From NCBI GenBank assembly GCA_046290225.1, contig JBKAGE010000079.1, positions 216,861-280,860 of the forward strand: DNA of 64,000 nt, read 5' to 3'. This document shows positions 18,891 through 29,411 of this stretch, in pieces. Source of the stretch: Bradymonadia bacterium. GTDB taxonomy: Bacteria > Myxococcota_A > Bradymonadia > UBA7976 > UBA1532. The notes beneath the pieces were generated by a model, which searched no databases, was not told the DNA's origin, and worked only from the letters and a program-made list of their open reading frames with translations. A program made the translations under genes and the position numbers. How positions within the stretch are numbered: position 1 is the first letter of the stretch; the number at the start of each line of letters is the position of its first letter.

Positions 18891-21800
18891 ATGCGGAGGG
18901 TGATCAGGACTGTCTGCCTGGCATCCGTGCTCGGGTCCATGGCGGCCTGCGACGATGGCGATCAAAATCCCGATGTGCCCAGCGCCGACGCGCGCCCTGA
19001 CACGTCCATGACGGACGCTGCGTTTGCTGAGGACATGTCGGTCGACGTCCCTGACGATGGCACTCAGGACGCCCGTATGGCTGATGCTGGGCCTCTGGAC
19101 GCTGATGTGCCTGATGTCCTGCCATCAGATGCAGACACACCTGATGCTGTCCTCCGCGATATGGAGCTTCTGGATGGAGACATTCCAGATGTAGAGCGCC
19201 TCGATGCTGAAACATCAGACTCTGATGTCGCTGACGTTGAGATTCGAGACGTAGAGATCCCAGACGTAGAGATCCCAGACGTAGAGATCCCAGACGCAGA
19301 GATTCCAGACAGCACGCCGCCTGACATGATGATCATCGTACCTCCGGATGCCGAGGTGCCCGATCTCGAAGTCCCCGATGTCGAAGTCCCCGACGTCGAG
19401 GTGCCAGATGTCGAAATCCCCGATGCGGAAATCCCTGATGTCGAGGTCCCGGACCTGGAGGTGCCCGACGCTGCCTGTGTGCCTGTGGACGAGGCATGCA
19501 ATGGCCTGGACGACGACTGTGATGGCAACAGCGACGAGTCGATCTCGCCGAGGCTGTGTTTCGTCGAGGGCCTGGGCCTGTGCGGGCAGGGGACAACTGT
19601 GTGCGAGGGTGGAGTCGAGCGTTGTGAAGCTCGGGTCGATGTCCCGGTCGACGAGATCTGTGACAGCCAGGACAATGATTGTGACGGCCTCGTAGATGAA
19701 GCCCTCGCCAGCGTCGAGGTGGTTGTGGAGCCCGCCCCGGAGAGCGTCACTGTTGTGGACGCGCGCTGGGCCGAGGGGCATCGGATCACTGCCTACATCG
19801 CCGACGGCACGCTCGAACTGCGCGGAGGAGCTGCACCCTCATCCAGCCCGGGACGCATCGAGGGGGGAGGGTGGTCTCGAGTCATAGGCCCCATCGAGGA
19901 GGCCGCCAGCACCGCCGTGGCGCTCGTCGAGGGCACACCGCAGGCCGCGGTGGCGTACGTGACCCGAGATGGGAACTTCGTGGAGCAGGTCACCCTCCAG
20001 GTGCTCGATGACCTCGCCGAGATCCCGGCGCCTTTGCCTGAGGGGATCCGCCTCAGCGAGGGGATCGCCCGTGGCGCGGCACCTCATCTCATTCGCGGCC
20101 ATGGTCATTGGGCGGTGACCTGGCTCGACGCACGTCACGGGAACGACGAGATCTATTTTGCCCTCAGCGATGGCGCAGGCATCGACCACACCGTGCGGGT
20201 GAGCGCTCACGTCAGTCGCTCTGCGCGACCTGTCGTGGCGGCTCGCCCGGAGGGCTATGCCGTGATCTGGCTCGATGATCGAGATGGGGCCAGGCGGCTG
20301 TATTTCAGAGCTCTCGACGAGGCAGGCGACCCCTACACCGAGGAGTTGCAACTCACCGAGCCCCTCGTAGAAGAAGCAACCCTGGTCTGGGATGGCTCAG
20401 CCTATGGTGTGCTCTATGGTGTCGACGAAGGCGGCGCCGCACCGTCTTTGTATCTGCTGAGGGTCAATCATCAAGGCCGCCCTTTGGGTGATCCGTTGCC
20501 AGTGGGCAGCGGCCGAGGGCCGAAGATCGCGTTCAACGGCAGCCGCTACGTGCTGACGTGGCGAGGCGTAGATGGCGTGCCCAGGCTGACCCGGAGAGAG
20601 CCTGGAGCGCCCTTTGGGCCACCGGCTGCAACCCTGGCGCCTGCAGCGTCGAGCGTCGGTGTCGCTCTGCTCAGCTCCAACACCGACAGCACCGTGATCA
20701 GCCTGACCGAAGAGGGCACCATCGAGCGCATCTCCGGCAACCTCGCCGGGTGCGGCGGGCAGCTGGGCTGTGTGCCAGAGGTCTTTACGCCACAGATCGT
20801 GTGTGGTGTCGGGCTGTGTCGGGCAGATGCCGAGCCTTCTCGTTGTGTCGACGGCCTCGTACAGCAGTGTGTGCCCGGCGTGCCGAGCCCTGTGGAGATC
20901 GCCTGTGATGGCGCCGACGAAGATTGCAACGGCGTCGTGGACGATCCGCCATTGCTCGCAGAGGCTGAATCGGTCCTCGTCTCTTTCGAGTCAGAGCCCG
21001 ACAGCCCCGAAGCGGCCTGGACCGGCACATCGGTGGGTGTGGGCTGGATCGACGAGATCAGCGGCAACGCCGAAGTGAAATTCCAGGTGTTCACCCTCGA
21101 GGGGGAGCCACTGAGCCCACCATTGTCCATCACCGAGCATGGTGCCCGATCCGCCGGGTTGCGCGTCGTGTTCAGCGGATCCACTTTCGGGATCACCTGG
21201 TACGACAACCGGGCAGGCAATGACGACATCTACTTCGCCTTGGTGAGTGCCGATGGCGATGCCCTCGGAGAGCCCATCGCCATCACCGATGGAGACGGCC
21301 GCCAGCAGACACCGGACCTGAGCTTCGACGGGCGACACTTCAATGTGGTCTGGCGCGACTTCAGGGCCGGCGAAGGCAACGAGATCTATCTCTCGCAAAT
21401 CGACACCGGCGGCCAGCTGATCGTCGATCAGCTGCCGCTCACCGCCAGCCCGCTGAGCGCAGTGAGCCCCACTGTGGCCTCCATGAGCGCCGCCGAGGGT
21501 ATGGGGGTGGTGTGGCGAATGGGCCAGGGTGGTCTGCAGGACCTGTGGTTCGGGCGCTACGACAGCGCAGGTGTGGCTGCGGATGAGCCTCAGCAGATCA
21601 CCGACAGCGGCGTGGTGTTGGCACCCGACCTGGTGTGGACAGGCACACACTTCGGGCTCACGTGGGTCGATCGACGCAACGCCACTGAAGACGTCTTCTT
21701 CCAGCTGGTCTCTCCGGAAGGCCAGGCCATCGGTGAGCCTGTCGCCGTGGCAGATGGCCCGAGGAGCGCGCTGAACCCTCAGATCAGCTGGCTCGGATCA

Positions 21801-22130
21801 CACTTCGCCCTGATCTGGGACGAGGACAGTGGGGGCATCTTCCGAGAATCGTGGTTCCAGCTGCTCGGCGCCGATGGGGCGCTGATCGGCGAGCCGCTTC
21901 AGATTTCACCGAACTCGGATCCCTCTGAAGATCCCAGCCTGATCTTTACTGGACATACATTGTGGGCGGTGTACCAGGATTACCGACTGCAGGACCCTGA
22001 GTTATATGGCAGGTCAGGCTTCTTTGGCGGCTGTGAGCCCCTCGAAGCCTGTGTCTCCGCCGCTGCCCCCGAGCAGCTCGATGGCCGGGACAATGACTGC
22101 GACGGGCTCATCGATGAGCAGTTGCGTTGA
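18891..22130 (+). CDS. Large surface lipoprotein with acidic stalk, MopE-like Cys/Asp repeats and two propeller-like regions
   Basis: Lipobox MAAC, PDxE(I/V) repeats, C(N/D)GxD(D/N)DCDG motifs and repeated WxDxRxG..(I/V)YF blades. Confidence 0.85.
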   Translation: MRRVIRTVCLASVLGSMAACDDGDQNPDVPSADARPDTSMTDAAFAEDMSVDVPDDGTQDARMADAGPLDADVPDVLPSDADTPDAVLRDMELLDGDIPDVERLDAETSDSDVADVEIRDVEIPDVEIPDVEIPDAEIPDSTPPDMMIIVPPDAEVPDLEVPDVEVPDVEVPDVEIPDAEIPDVEVPDLEVPDAACVPVDEACNGLDDDCDGNSDESISPRLCFVEGLGLCGQGTTVCEGGVERCEARVDVPVDEICDSQDNDCDGLVDEALASVEVVVEPAPESVTVVDARWAEGHRITAYIADGTLELRGGAAPSSSPGRIEGGGWSRVIGPIEEAASTAVALVEGTPQAAVAYVTRDGNFVEQVTLQVLDDLAEIPAPLPEGIRLSEGIARGAAPHLIRGHGHWAVTWLDARHGNDEIYFALSDGAGIDHTVRVSAHVSRSARPVVAARPEGYAVIWLDDRDGARRLYFRALDEAGDPYTEELQLTEPLVEEATLVWDGSAYGVLYGVDEGGAAPSLYLLRVNHQGRPLGDPLPVGSGRGPKIAFNGSRYVLTWRGVDGVPRLTRREPGAPFGPPAATLAPAASSVGVALLSSNTDSTVISLTEEGTIERISGNLAGCGGQLGCVPEVFTPQIVCGVGLCRADAEPSRCVDGLVQQCVPGVPSPVEIACDGADEDCNGVVDDPPLLAEAESVLVSFESEPDSPEAAWTGTSVGVGWIDEISGNAEVKFQVFTLEGEPLSPPLSITEHGARSAGLRVVFSGSTFGITWYDNRAGNDDIYFALVSADGDALGEPIAITDGDGRQQTPDLSFDGRHFNVVWRDFRAGEGNEIYLSQIDTGGQLIVDQLPLTASPLSAVSPTVASMSAAEGMGVVWRMGQGGLQDLWFGRYDSAGVAADEPQQITDSGVVLAPDLVWTGTHFGLTWVDRRNATEDVFFQLVSPEGQAIGEPVAVADGPRSALNPQISWLGSHFALIWDEDSGGIFRESWFQLLGADGALIGEPLQISPNSDPSEDPSLIFTGHTLWAVYQDYRLQDPELYGRSGFFGGCEPLEACVSAAAPEQLDGRDNDCDGLIDEQLR
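19236..19470 (+). repeat. Coding 15-nt tandem repeats encoding PD(V/A/L)E(I/V)
   Basis: gacgtagagatccca occurs in tandem, followed by diverged copies, in two blocks. Confidence 0.8.
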
Positions 22131-22158
22131 CCGAGATGCACTACACGGAGAACTGAAC

Positions 22159-22920
22159 GTGAAAGCAGCCCTCGCTTTTCTGCTGGTCGCCGCCGTCGGC
22201 GGTGCCCTGTATTTCGCTTTGCGGCAACCCGACAATCTCAAGGAGAAGGACAAGCCCGCGAAGGTGGCCCAGCAGGACAAACCCGCCACCAAAGCCCCAG
22301 CGCCCAAGATCGATGATGGCCCCGAGCCTCTCGCCAAAGATCCGGGCGAGCCTGAGATGCCGCCTTCGGCCTTCCCCACGATCAACCCCGATCGCCCCAA
22401 GGGGCTCGACGCCTTCGCCGACATCAAGAGCAGCGGGGAGCCGGTGACGCCTCGTCGTCCGTGGGCGGGCCTTGAGTCCCTCGGGCTGCCCACCCTCTCG
22501 GGCACCAGCATCGCCATGCAACACGGTGACTTCGCGAAGTCGAGGCCCAAAGCCCGTCACCTGGGTGGAGATCCGGAGAAGGACTGGTCGATCAACTACG
22601 AAGAGTCCAAGCCCATGGAGGGGGTCTCGCGGGTGGCCTACCAGTTCAACCGACGGGCCCAAGGTGACGAGCCGTTCCTCAACAGCGTCTCCGTGCTGCT
22701 CGACGCCAACGCCGTCGGTGGAGAGCCGGTCTGGCAGGAGATGATGCAGAAGGCCACCGAAGCAGGTTGGGGCAAGCACAAAGAGATCTTCGAGGAGACT
22801 GATCGCCGGCGCACCTTCTGGCAGAACGAGAAGTGGATGGGCTCGCTCTCGGTCCACCGTGAGACCGGCGAGTTGGAGTGGATCATCGAGTTCCGGACGC
22901 CCCCCGCCGATCCGGAATAG
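22159..22920 (+). CDS. Hypothetical membrane-anchored protein
   Basis: GTG after GGAG; N-terminal hydrophobic helix, Pro/Lys linker and high GC3 codon usage. Confidence 0.7.
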   Translation: MKAALAFLLVAAVGGALYFALRQPDNLKEKDKPAKVAQQDKPATKAPAPKIDDGPEPLAKDPGEPEMPPSAFPTINPDRPKGLDAFADIKSSGEPVTPRRPWAGLESLGLPTLSGTSIAMQHGDFAKSRPKARHLGGDPEKDWSINYEESKPMEGVSRVAYQFNRRAQGDEPFLNSVSVLLDANAVGGEPVWQEMMQKATEAGWGKHKEIFEETDRRRTFWQNEKWMGSLSVHRETGELEWIIEFRTPPADPE

Positions 22921-22944
22921 AGCTGACGAGCAAACTTCTGGCAG

Positions 22945-25404
22945 CTATCTCGGTCGCAACACTCTGTCGAGGAGCGGCAAGCCCACTGTGATCTCCGTCC
23001 CTGTGCCGATGATGCTCTCCACCGACACAAATCCTTCGTGACTGCGCACGGTGGCCATCACCGAGGCGAGGCCCAGACCGTTCCCCGAGCCCTTGGTGGT
23101 GAAGAATGGATCGAACATTCGAGCCATGACCTCCGGAGGTATCCCGCCGCCATTGTCGCTCACCTTCAGCACCGCATATCGACCTGGGATCAGTGAGCAG
23201 TCCTGCCGAACCGTGGCGAGCTGTGCTGCGGACATCTCTTCTGCACGCAGCTGCAGGCTCACTCGCCCTCGGTCGTGATGCATGGCCTCGATGGCGTTGA
23301 TCACCAGGTTGAAGACGACCTGCTTGAGTTGGATGGCTGCGCCAAGCACGGAGAGAGGCTCTGGCGCTGCGTCCAAGCTCAGCTCCGCCCGTCCTCGCAC
23401 CGAGGCTTCGAGCAGAGCTGAGACCTCGCTGATCAGGCAGTTGAGATCGAGCTGCTCCAAGGTGAGGTTGGATCGACGGGCGTACGCCATCAGCTCCCGG
23501 GGCAGGCGCTCCGCTTCCTGGGTCTGGCGGAGCAGCAGCGAGATGGTCTCGTAGGCCAGAGAATCTCTGGGCAGATCGAGCAGAGCCGCCTGAGCAGAGA
23601 GGCTCAGGGTGGTGAGATGATTCTTGAAGTCATGGGCCACCCCCGCAGCCATGAGCTCGAGGCTCTCGACTTTGGACAAGGCCTGAATTCTGCTATCGAG
23701 GCGTCGGCGACCTTCTTCGGCGAGGTGCTGTTGTGTGATGTCCTGCACCACCCCACGGATGCGCACCACTCGGCCTGCTTCGATGACCGGTGTGCCGATG
23801 ACGCGCAGCCACCGCGGCGATGTGCTCTGGCTTTGAAAGGGCAGTTGCAGATCGAAAGAGGAGCCGTGTTGCGCGCACCGACTCAGAGCTTCCTGAAGGC
23901 GGCTCTGGCCCTCAGGGGCGTAGAAGGTCATCACCGCATCAGCATCGAGGGGCTCGGCGTGAGAGAGCCCGTAGATGGCGTACACACCAGGGGTCCAGCT
24001 CACGGCGCCGGTCTCGACCACCATCTCCCAGCCCCCGACCCGGGCGAGACTCTCCGCCTCGCGCATCAGGGCTTCGCTGCGTTCGAGGTTGATCTCCACC
24101 CTGCGGCGGGCGGTGATGTCCTGACACTGCAGGCGCATGAGCCTGTTCGAGCTGTCGGGGATACGACGCAAACGCAGAAAGATCTCGTAGCCCGCGGGGT
24201 GCGTGCCGCGACACTCGCATTCCATCTGCACGGACTGTGGCCGCAGGATCAGCTCGACGAGGGCGCGATCTTCTGGGTAGATGCGCCGGAGCAGATGCTG
24301 GTGTGTGGGCGTCGTCTGTGCATCGTACCCCAGCATCTTGAAGATCTGAGGCGACCACTGCACCTCGGCGGTGGGGGCCGCGTGTTGCCACGTGATGGTG
24401 CCCAGGCGACCCATCTCCCGAACTTCGGTGAGCATCTGCCGGGTCTCGGTGAGACTGTGCTCCGCGCCGACGTCGATGAAGGTGCACGCTGTGCGGGCGT
24501 GCAGCCCACCTTCCATCTCTCGCGTCGCCAGCAGGCGGAAGTGCTTGGGCGGCCCTGCGCCTTCCAAGGTGACCACCTCGTCGAGATGGTCTTTGCTGCG
24601 CAAAAAGGCCGAGCACCATCGCTGCACCGAAGGCAAAGAGCCCTTCAGGAAGTCGGTGAGCGCGTGGTTCATCACCACCTGAGGGTCTTTTTGGCCAAAG
24701 GCGTCGAGGGCCTTCGAATTCACCTCGATGACCCGCCCGTTGAGCATCTGCATCAGCTGATCTGCATGGGGTAGGGCAGGATCTATGGGCGGATCGTGGG
24801 CCAGCCAGACTGTGGCCACCTGACTCTGCTCCAAGAAGGTGGAGTGGCGGTGGGTGACGCGGCGCTCGTTGGTGATGTCGGTGAAGTTCACCAGCACCAC
24901 CGGCTCCGGGGCGCGGTGATCATCCACATATTGAGCGTTCACCTTCAACCACACCCGGGTGTGGTTGAGCGGGCGCCAGACCCCCATGACCACACCTTCC
25001 ACTAGGCTCTGCGTCGTACGCGCGCGGCTCGAGGGGTGCATCTCGCCGGGCATTTCGGCGCCATCTTCTCCGATGACACGCCAGTTTGGATCCAGGGTCG
25101 TACGACCCTGAATCTGATCGAGGGTCAGGCCGAGCAGGCGCAACGCTGCCGGATTGGCGTACACGATGGCCAGATCAGAGGCACGGTGAATGACGATGCC
25201 TTGATCGAGGTGAGCCAGGGCCAGAATCGGATCGAGGCTGTAGAGATCGGAGATTGAGCCCTCACCCACAGAGTCGAGGGCTTCGAGGCGGGCCTTGAGT
25301 CGTCGATTCTCTGCGTTGAGGCGTTCGAGTTGAGCCTTGAGCATCTGATGCGCGTGATCGCGCTCCTCAACCAGGGTCACCGCGGGATCGGTGTCGTCCT
25401 GCAT
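22945..25404 (-). CDS. Multi-PAS sensor histidine kinase without a receiver domain
   Basis: PAS/PAC repeats, H-box AHDFKN, N-box [24 protein letters not shown]; start uncertain (25404 or 25419). Confidence 0.9.
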   Translation of the reverse strand: MQDDTDPAVTLVEERDHAHQMLKAQLERLNAENRRLKARLEALDSVGEGSISDLYSLDPILALAHLDQGIVIHRASDLAIVYANPAALRLLGLTLDQIQGRTTLDPNWRVIGEDGAEMPGEMHPSSRARTTQSLVEGVVMGVWRPLNHTRVWLKVNAQYVDDHRAPEPVVLVNFTDITNERRVTHRHSTFLEQSQVATVWLAHDPPIDPALPHADQLMQMLNGRVIEVNSKALDAFGQKDPQVVMNHALTDFLKGSLPSVQRWCSAFLRSKDHLDEVVTLEGAGPPKHFRLLATREMEGGLHARTACTFIDVGAEHSLTETRQMLTEVREMGRLGTITWQHAAPTAEVQWSPQIFKMLGYDAQTTPTHQHLLRRIYPEDRALVELILRPQSVQMECECRGTHPAGYEIFLRLRRIPDSSNRLMRLQCQDITARRRVEINLERSEALMREAESLARVGGWEMVVETGAVSWTPGVYAIYGLSHAEPLDADAVMTFYAPEGQSRLQEALSRCAQHGSSFDLQLPFQSQSTSPRWLRVIGTPVIEAGRVVRIRGVVQDITQQHLAEEGRRRLDSRIQALSKVESLELMAAGVAHDFKNHLTTLSLSAQAALLDLPRDSLAYETISLLLRQTQEAERLPRELMAYARRSNLTLEQLDLNCLISEVSALLEASVRGRAELSLDAAPEPLSVLGAAIQLKQVVFNLVINAIEAMHHDRGRVSLQLRAEEMSAAQLATVRQDCSLIPGRYAVLKVSDNGGGIPPEVMARMFDPFFTTKGSGNGLGLASVMATVRSHEGFVSVESIIGTGTEITVGLPLLDRVLRPR

Positions 25405-25613
25405 GACTCGAACTCCCATCCAGGTCTTGTTGACTGGGCTCGAAACAATATGTGGGTTTTTGAGTTTGCCCTGTCCCAGTGTTGAATCGAACTCAAGTAG
25501 AGTCAACCCGTATCGACGCCATTCATACCCACACCACCGAGGGGACTTTCCAAAACCGCAGAGTTGACGTAGTTTCCTCGCCTCTCGTGGAAAGGTGGTG
25601 CTCGGTGTCACAG

Positions 25614-26318
25614 ATGAATACGACCCTCTGGCTGCGCAGTTTGACCTTTTCTGCCCTGGCCCTGAGCGCCGTCGCCTGTGGTGAGGCTGAGCAGACTCCG
25701 GACACACCTCGAGAGGCTGTGGAGTCTGCTGAAACCCTGGACCAGGCCTGGCCTGGTCGTGATCCTAAGACCGACGCCACGTGTCATCAGCGGGCTGCCT
25801 GGTGCCCTGCCCGAGATCTTGCTCCATGGTCCAGCCTCACCGAGCAGGCAGTGTCGATCCGGTTCAACATCGGCGACGTCGACCCCAAGAGCGTGGTGAC
25901 CTCGGAGGAGACCGAGACCACGGCCACCGACGGCGCTGTGGAGATCAACACCCGGGTGAGGACCACCGCCGAGGCGTCGAGCTTCGGCCTCATCAAAGAG
26001 TTCGCCCCGTACTATGTCGAGGTGGAAGGCCCTGGTGTGCTCGAGGTGGAGATCATCCCCGAGCAGGCCGACGACGAGGCCAGCTGGTTGATCTTGACCC
26101 CTGAGATGGAGAAGTTCGGGCGCTTCGACGGCCTCAAGGCCCAGGTGACCACCGAGAAGGGTGGCCTGATCAAGGTGGCGGTGCTCCCAGAGTCGGCCCA
26201 CGCCGAGATGCACGGCGGTGAGCTGGTGGCCACCTTGAAGTACGAGATCGAAGCCCGCTGGTACCCTCAGAGCCCCGATGAGACCGGCCGCTCTGACGAG
26301 GGCAGCCGGGTCGAGTAG
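25614..26318 (+). CDS. Hypothetical lipoprotein
   Basis: Signal MNTTLWLRSLTFSALALSAVAC and high GC3 codon usage. Confidence 0.75.
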   Translation: MNTTLWLRSLTFSALALSAVACGEAEQTPDTPREAVESAETLDQAWPGRDPKTDATCHQRAAWCPARDLAPWSSLTEQAVSIRFNIGDVDPKSVVTSEETETTATDGAVEINTRVRTTAEASSFGLIKEFAPYYVEVEGPGVLEVEIIPEQADDEASWLILTPEMEKFGRFDGLKAQVTTEKGGLIKVAVLPESAHAEMHGGELVATLKYEIEARWYPQSPDETGRSDEGSRVE

Positions 26319-26337
26319 CTCTGCCTGGGGCTGGCGT

Positions 26338-27546
26338 TCAGTCCAACCCGTCCTGAGCGAGGATGGCGCCGATGGCCCGAGCGGCGCGGTTGAGGGCGTC
26401 TCGGCCAGGGTACCCCGCCATGGCCACCACCCACCGACGTCGTGAGTTGTAGCGGTAGACGTAGATCACGTCGCTCATCCAGTTCTCCGAGAAACCGGGC
26501 TTGTGATAGAAGGCCACTTGTCCCTTCTTGAAGCGCGACTCGATGCCCTTCACGATCTCCATGCCCCGCTTTCGGTTGGACTTCAGCGCGTTTCTGATGG
26601 CTCGCAGCTCGCGAATGCCCAAGTTGTAGCGCTGACTCGACGGGATCTGTTCATGGAGCATGAGCCGGCGCATGACCTCGGCGAGATCTTCCAGGCTGGC
26701 GCAGGCCGAGCTGTACTTGCACGCATAGGTCTTCTTCGACGAGCGGGATGGGATCGTGCGCTTCTTCGAGCCCTGTCTCAATTTGATCTTCGGCGATGTG
26801 CGGAAGTGGTCGGCGCCCGTCAGCGGCAACCAGCGCGACTTCTCGTAGGGCTTGTGGATCGCCGCCGTCGGCGCGCCTTTGCGGGCGAGCACCCTGCCGT
26901 TCATCCAGTCATAACCTGCGAGCTGTGACAGGCGATTGTGGGCGATGTTGTTGCTGGGCCCCAGGGCGTCGGCGATCAGGTCGGCCACGCGATAGCTCTT
27001 GGGGCCGCCCTTCTTGTCATAGAAGGTTGCCGAGGTGTTCACGCCGAACCCCCTGGATCTCAGATAGTCCAGGGCGGCCACCCCGGAGAAGAGCTTGATG
27101 GTGGAGGCGGGGTTCCAGTGCGTGTCGTCCCCCGTGCTCTTCCACTGGAAGGTCTCGGTCTTCACCACCCGGGTGCGGCTCTTGTTGAGGGTGTACTGCA
27201 CCACCAGCGCCTTGAACTTCGCCGGAGGCCGGAAGCCCTCGGCCCGCATCAGGCTCTCGAGATCTGCCTTCTTGCCCTTGCGTCGGGTGCTGCGCTTGCT
27301 GCTGCGCCGCCTCGACGTGCTGGAGCTTCGGGGCTGAGTGCAGCCTCGGGGGATCTTGAGCGTGGCTCCGGCGCGGATGGAGGTGCCCGAGAGCCCGTTG
27401 TGAGCCTGGATACGCTCCACTGTGCAGTCGAAGCGCGCTGCGATGCGCCCCAGGGTGTCTCCACGCTCGATGGTGTACGTACGGGCCTCGGCGGCGGAGA
27501 TCACCGCAAAGAGTCCGCACAACAGGCTGGCCGCGACACGGTTCAT
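26338..27546 (-). CDS. Secreted LysM + serine beta-lactamase/PBP-fold hydrolase
   Basis: Signal peptide, LysM (YTIERGDTLGRIA), SxxK (ASTIK), SNN and HKPG. Confidence 0.85.
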   Translation of the reverse strand: MNRVAASLLCGLFAVISAAEARTYTIERGDTLGRIAARFDCTVERIQAHNGLSGTSIRAGATLKIPRGCTQPRSSSTSRRRSSKRSTRRKGKKADLESLMRAEGFRPPAKFKALVVQYTLNKSRTRVVKTETFQWKSTGDDTHWNPASTIKLFSGVAALDYLRSRGFGVNTSATFYDKKGGPKSYRVADLIADALGPSNNIAHNRLSQLAGYDWMNGRVLARKGAPTAAIHKPYEKSRWLPLTGADHFRTSPKIKLRQGSKKRTIPSRSSKKTYACKYSSACASLEDLAEVMRRLMLHEQIPSSQRYNLGIRELRAIRNALKSNRKRGMEIVKGIESRFKKGQVAFYHKPGFSENWMSDVIYVYRYNSRRRWVVAMAGYPGRDALNRAARAIGAILAQDGLD

Positions 27547-27585
27547 GTGAGGAGAGACCTCCCAGCGGGGCAGATGGCGCTGATG

Positions 27586-28269
27586 TCAGCGCCCGGTGAT
27601 CGAGAAGTGCATGAAGTCTTTGATGCGCCCTTCGATGGTGCCGCCCCACTTCCAGAACTCACCAAAGGCGGAGTGCACTGGCCCCCCTTCGACGACGGTG
27701 GTCTTGGGGCGCTTCTCTGGATCCCAGGCCCCACCGACCCGGAGCGAGCAGCGCTTGATGTCGGCGGCGGTCTTGGGGGCCTTCTTCAAAGCGCAGCGTG
27801 CGTACAGGCCGTTGTGGCCGGCGTTCACGTCGATGGCTGTACCGTAGGAGTGGTTGCTGAACTGCGTGCGCAGATCATCGACCACCTTCCCCCGAGTACG
27901 GCCCACCCGGTAGCCGATGAGGGTCTTGATTTTGAAGCCGCTCTCTTTGGCTTGGAGCAGCGCTTTGCTCACGGCCTCAGCGTGGTGCTTGCACACTGTC
28001 ACTTTGGGCAATCCCTCGAGTTCGAGGGTGGTCTGATCCTCACTGCACACGGTACAGCGGGGATCGTCCGGATCCTTCTCTTCGTCGGTGAGCTCTGCCC
28101 GGGTCTTGCGCACCTTCTTGCGGCCCACCACCTTCTTCTTCTTCACGTGCCACGAAGACGTACGGTAGGTGCACACCTCTCCACCGGCGTCACCTACGCT
28201 CTCAGCCCCTGCATCTCCCACAGAGAGCGTCAACGCAGCGAGGAGCAGTGATGGGATCAAGGCTCTCAA
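27586..28269 (-). CDS. Secreted M15-family Zn metallopeptidase
   Basis: SNHSYGTAIDVN, WKWGG and DFMHFS motifs; signal peptide. Confidence 0.88.
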   Translation of the reverse strand: MRALIPSLLLAALTLSVGDAGAESVGDAGGEVCTYRTSSWHVKKKKVVGRKKVRKTRAELTDEEKDPDDPRCTVCSEDQTTLELEGLPKVTVCKHHAEAVSKALLQAKESGFKIKTLIGYRVGRTRGKVVDDLRTQFSNHSYGTAIDVNAGHNGLYARCALKKAPKTAADIKRCSLRVGGAWDPEKRPKTTVVEGGPVHSAFGEFWKWGGTIEGRIKDFMHFSITGR

Positions 28270-29309
28270 CGACGCCTCCGCTTCTTGCGCTCTGCCGGCG
28301 GCGGCGGGGTGGTGCGGGTGATGGTGAGGGGGATCTCATCCTCCTTGAGGCGGGTCCAGGGCACCACGTCGCGCACGCGCTTCACCCAGGGCTGGTCGAG
28401 CCACTCCTGGAAGTTGCGGCCCAGGTGGGCGTTGTACCGGTAGTCGCCGTTGCTCTTCATGCTGGCCACAGTGCGCAGGAGCCACCCGTCTTCGGCGAAG
28501 TTGAGGGCTTTGATGTTCTCTCGATAAACCTTTTTGAAAGGCCAGTATTCCTCGGCGTTCGACACGTACAGCACCCGGATGGGCACCCCGAGGGCCCGAG
28601 AGGCGTCGCCGAGGCCCTTCATGGCCTGCTCGCCGATGAGGTTGCACAGCATGGGGCGTACGCGATCCGCCATGACCAGCTTGCGGATGAAGGCATATGA
28701 AGCGTCATCGGTGACGAAGCTGGGGATCCCCGCTTTGGGCAGGGTGGCCTTGAGGCGCTTGAACCGCCGCACCACCTTGGGCCGGGCGATCTTGAACACC
28801 CGGATGATGTGATCGCGATCAGGGTGCTCGGCGTAGATGATCTTGAGCAGCGAGGTGGCCTTCTTGAGGTGCTGCTTCTCCCAGAGCCCCAGGAACGCCT
28901 CGCGGCTGTCGGCCTCTTTGAAGAAGCCCACGTAGGCCCAGTGCAGGTGCCGCACCCACGGATCGTAATCGGTGAGCCACACCAGCTCCGCCTTCATCCA
29001 GTCGGCGAACAGGTAGGCTTGATCGGTGCCCACCCCCATGTAGGCGCCGCCGATGCCTTTGATGGTGTCGTGGAACTTGTGCAGGTTGCGCTCGTCTCCA
29101 GTGAGATAGTGGCGCCCCTGAAGCTCTTTGCGGCTGGCCAGCAGCAGCTCGGGGGCCTTGTCCTCAGCAGTGTCCCAGAAAAGGCGCTTGTGGGCCTCGT
29201 CGAGGGGGCCGTGGCCGTTGGGTGACGCCTGAGCAGAGGCGGACTGAGCGAAGAACGCGATCGGCAACAGCAAGCCGAGGAGCGCGGTGAGCAGCATCGG
29301 TCGGCGCAT
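28266..29309 (-). CDS. Secreted hypothetical protein, possibly a Rossmann/MTase-like fold
   Basis: Signal peptide; GGAYMGVGTDQ and LYVSNAEEYW segments; stop overlaps the M15 gene start. Confidence 0.7.
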   Translation of the reverse strand: MRRPMLLTALLGLLLPIAFFAQSASAQASPNGHGPLDEAHKRLFWDTAEDKAPELLLASRKELQGRHYLTGDERNLHKFHDTIKGIGGAYMGVGTDQAYLFADWMKAELVWLTDYDPWVRHLHWAYVGFFKEADSREAFLGLWEKQHLKKATSLLKIIYAEHPDRDHIIRVFKIARPKVVRRFKRLKATLPKAGIPSFVTDDASYAFIRKLVMADRVRPMLCNLIGEQAMKGLGDASRALGVPIRVLYVSNAEEYWPFKKVYRENIKALNFAEDGWLLRTVASMKSNGDYRYNAHLGRNFQEWLDQPWVKRVRDVVPWTRLKEDEIPLTITRTTPPPPAERKKRRRR

Positions 29310-29411
29310 GGGCCCTCCGGAGCGTGGGGTGGAGTGGACAGTGAGCGCACCCCCCGAAGGGAGAACGGTGGGTGCTGAACTGCCATGATCCGCCGGCGTT
29401 GCCAACCCCTC

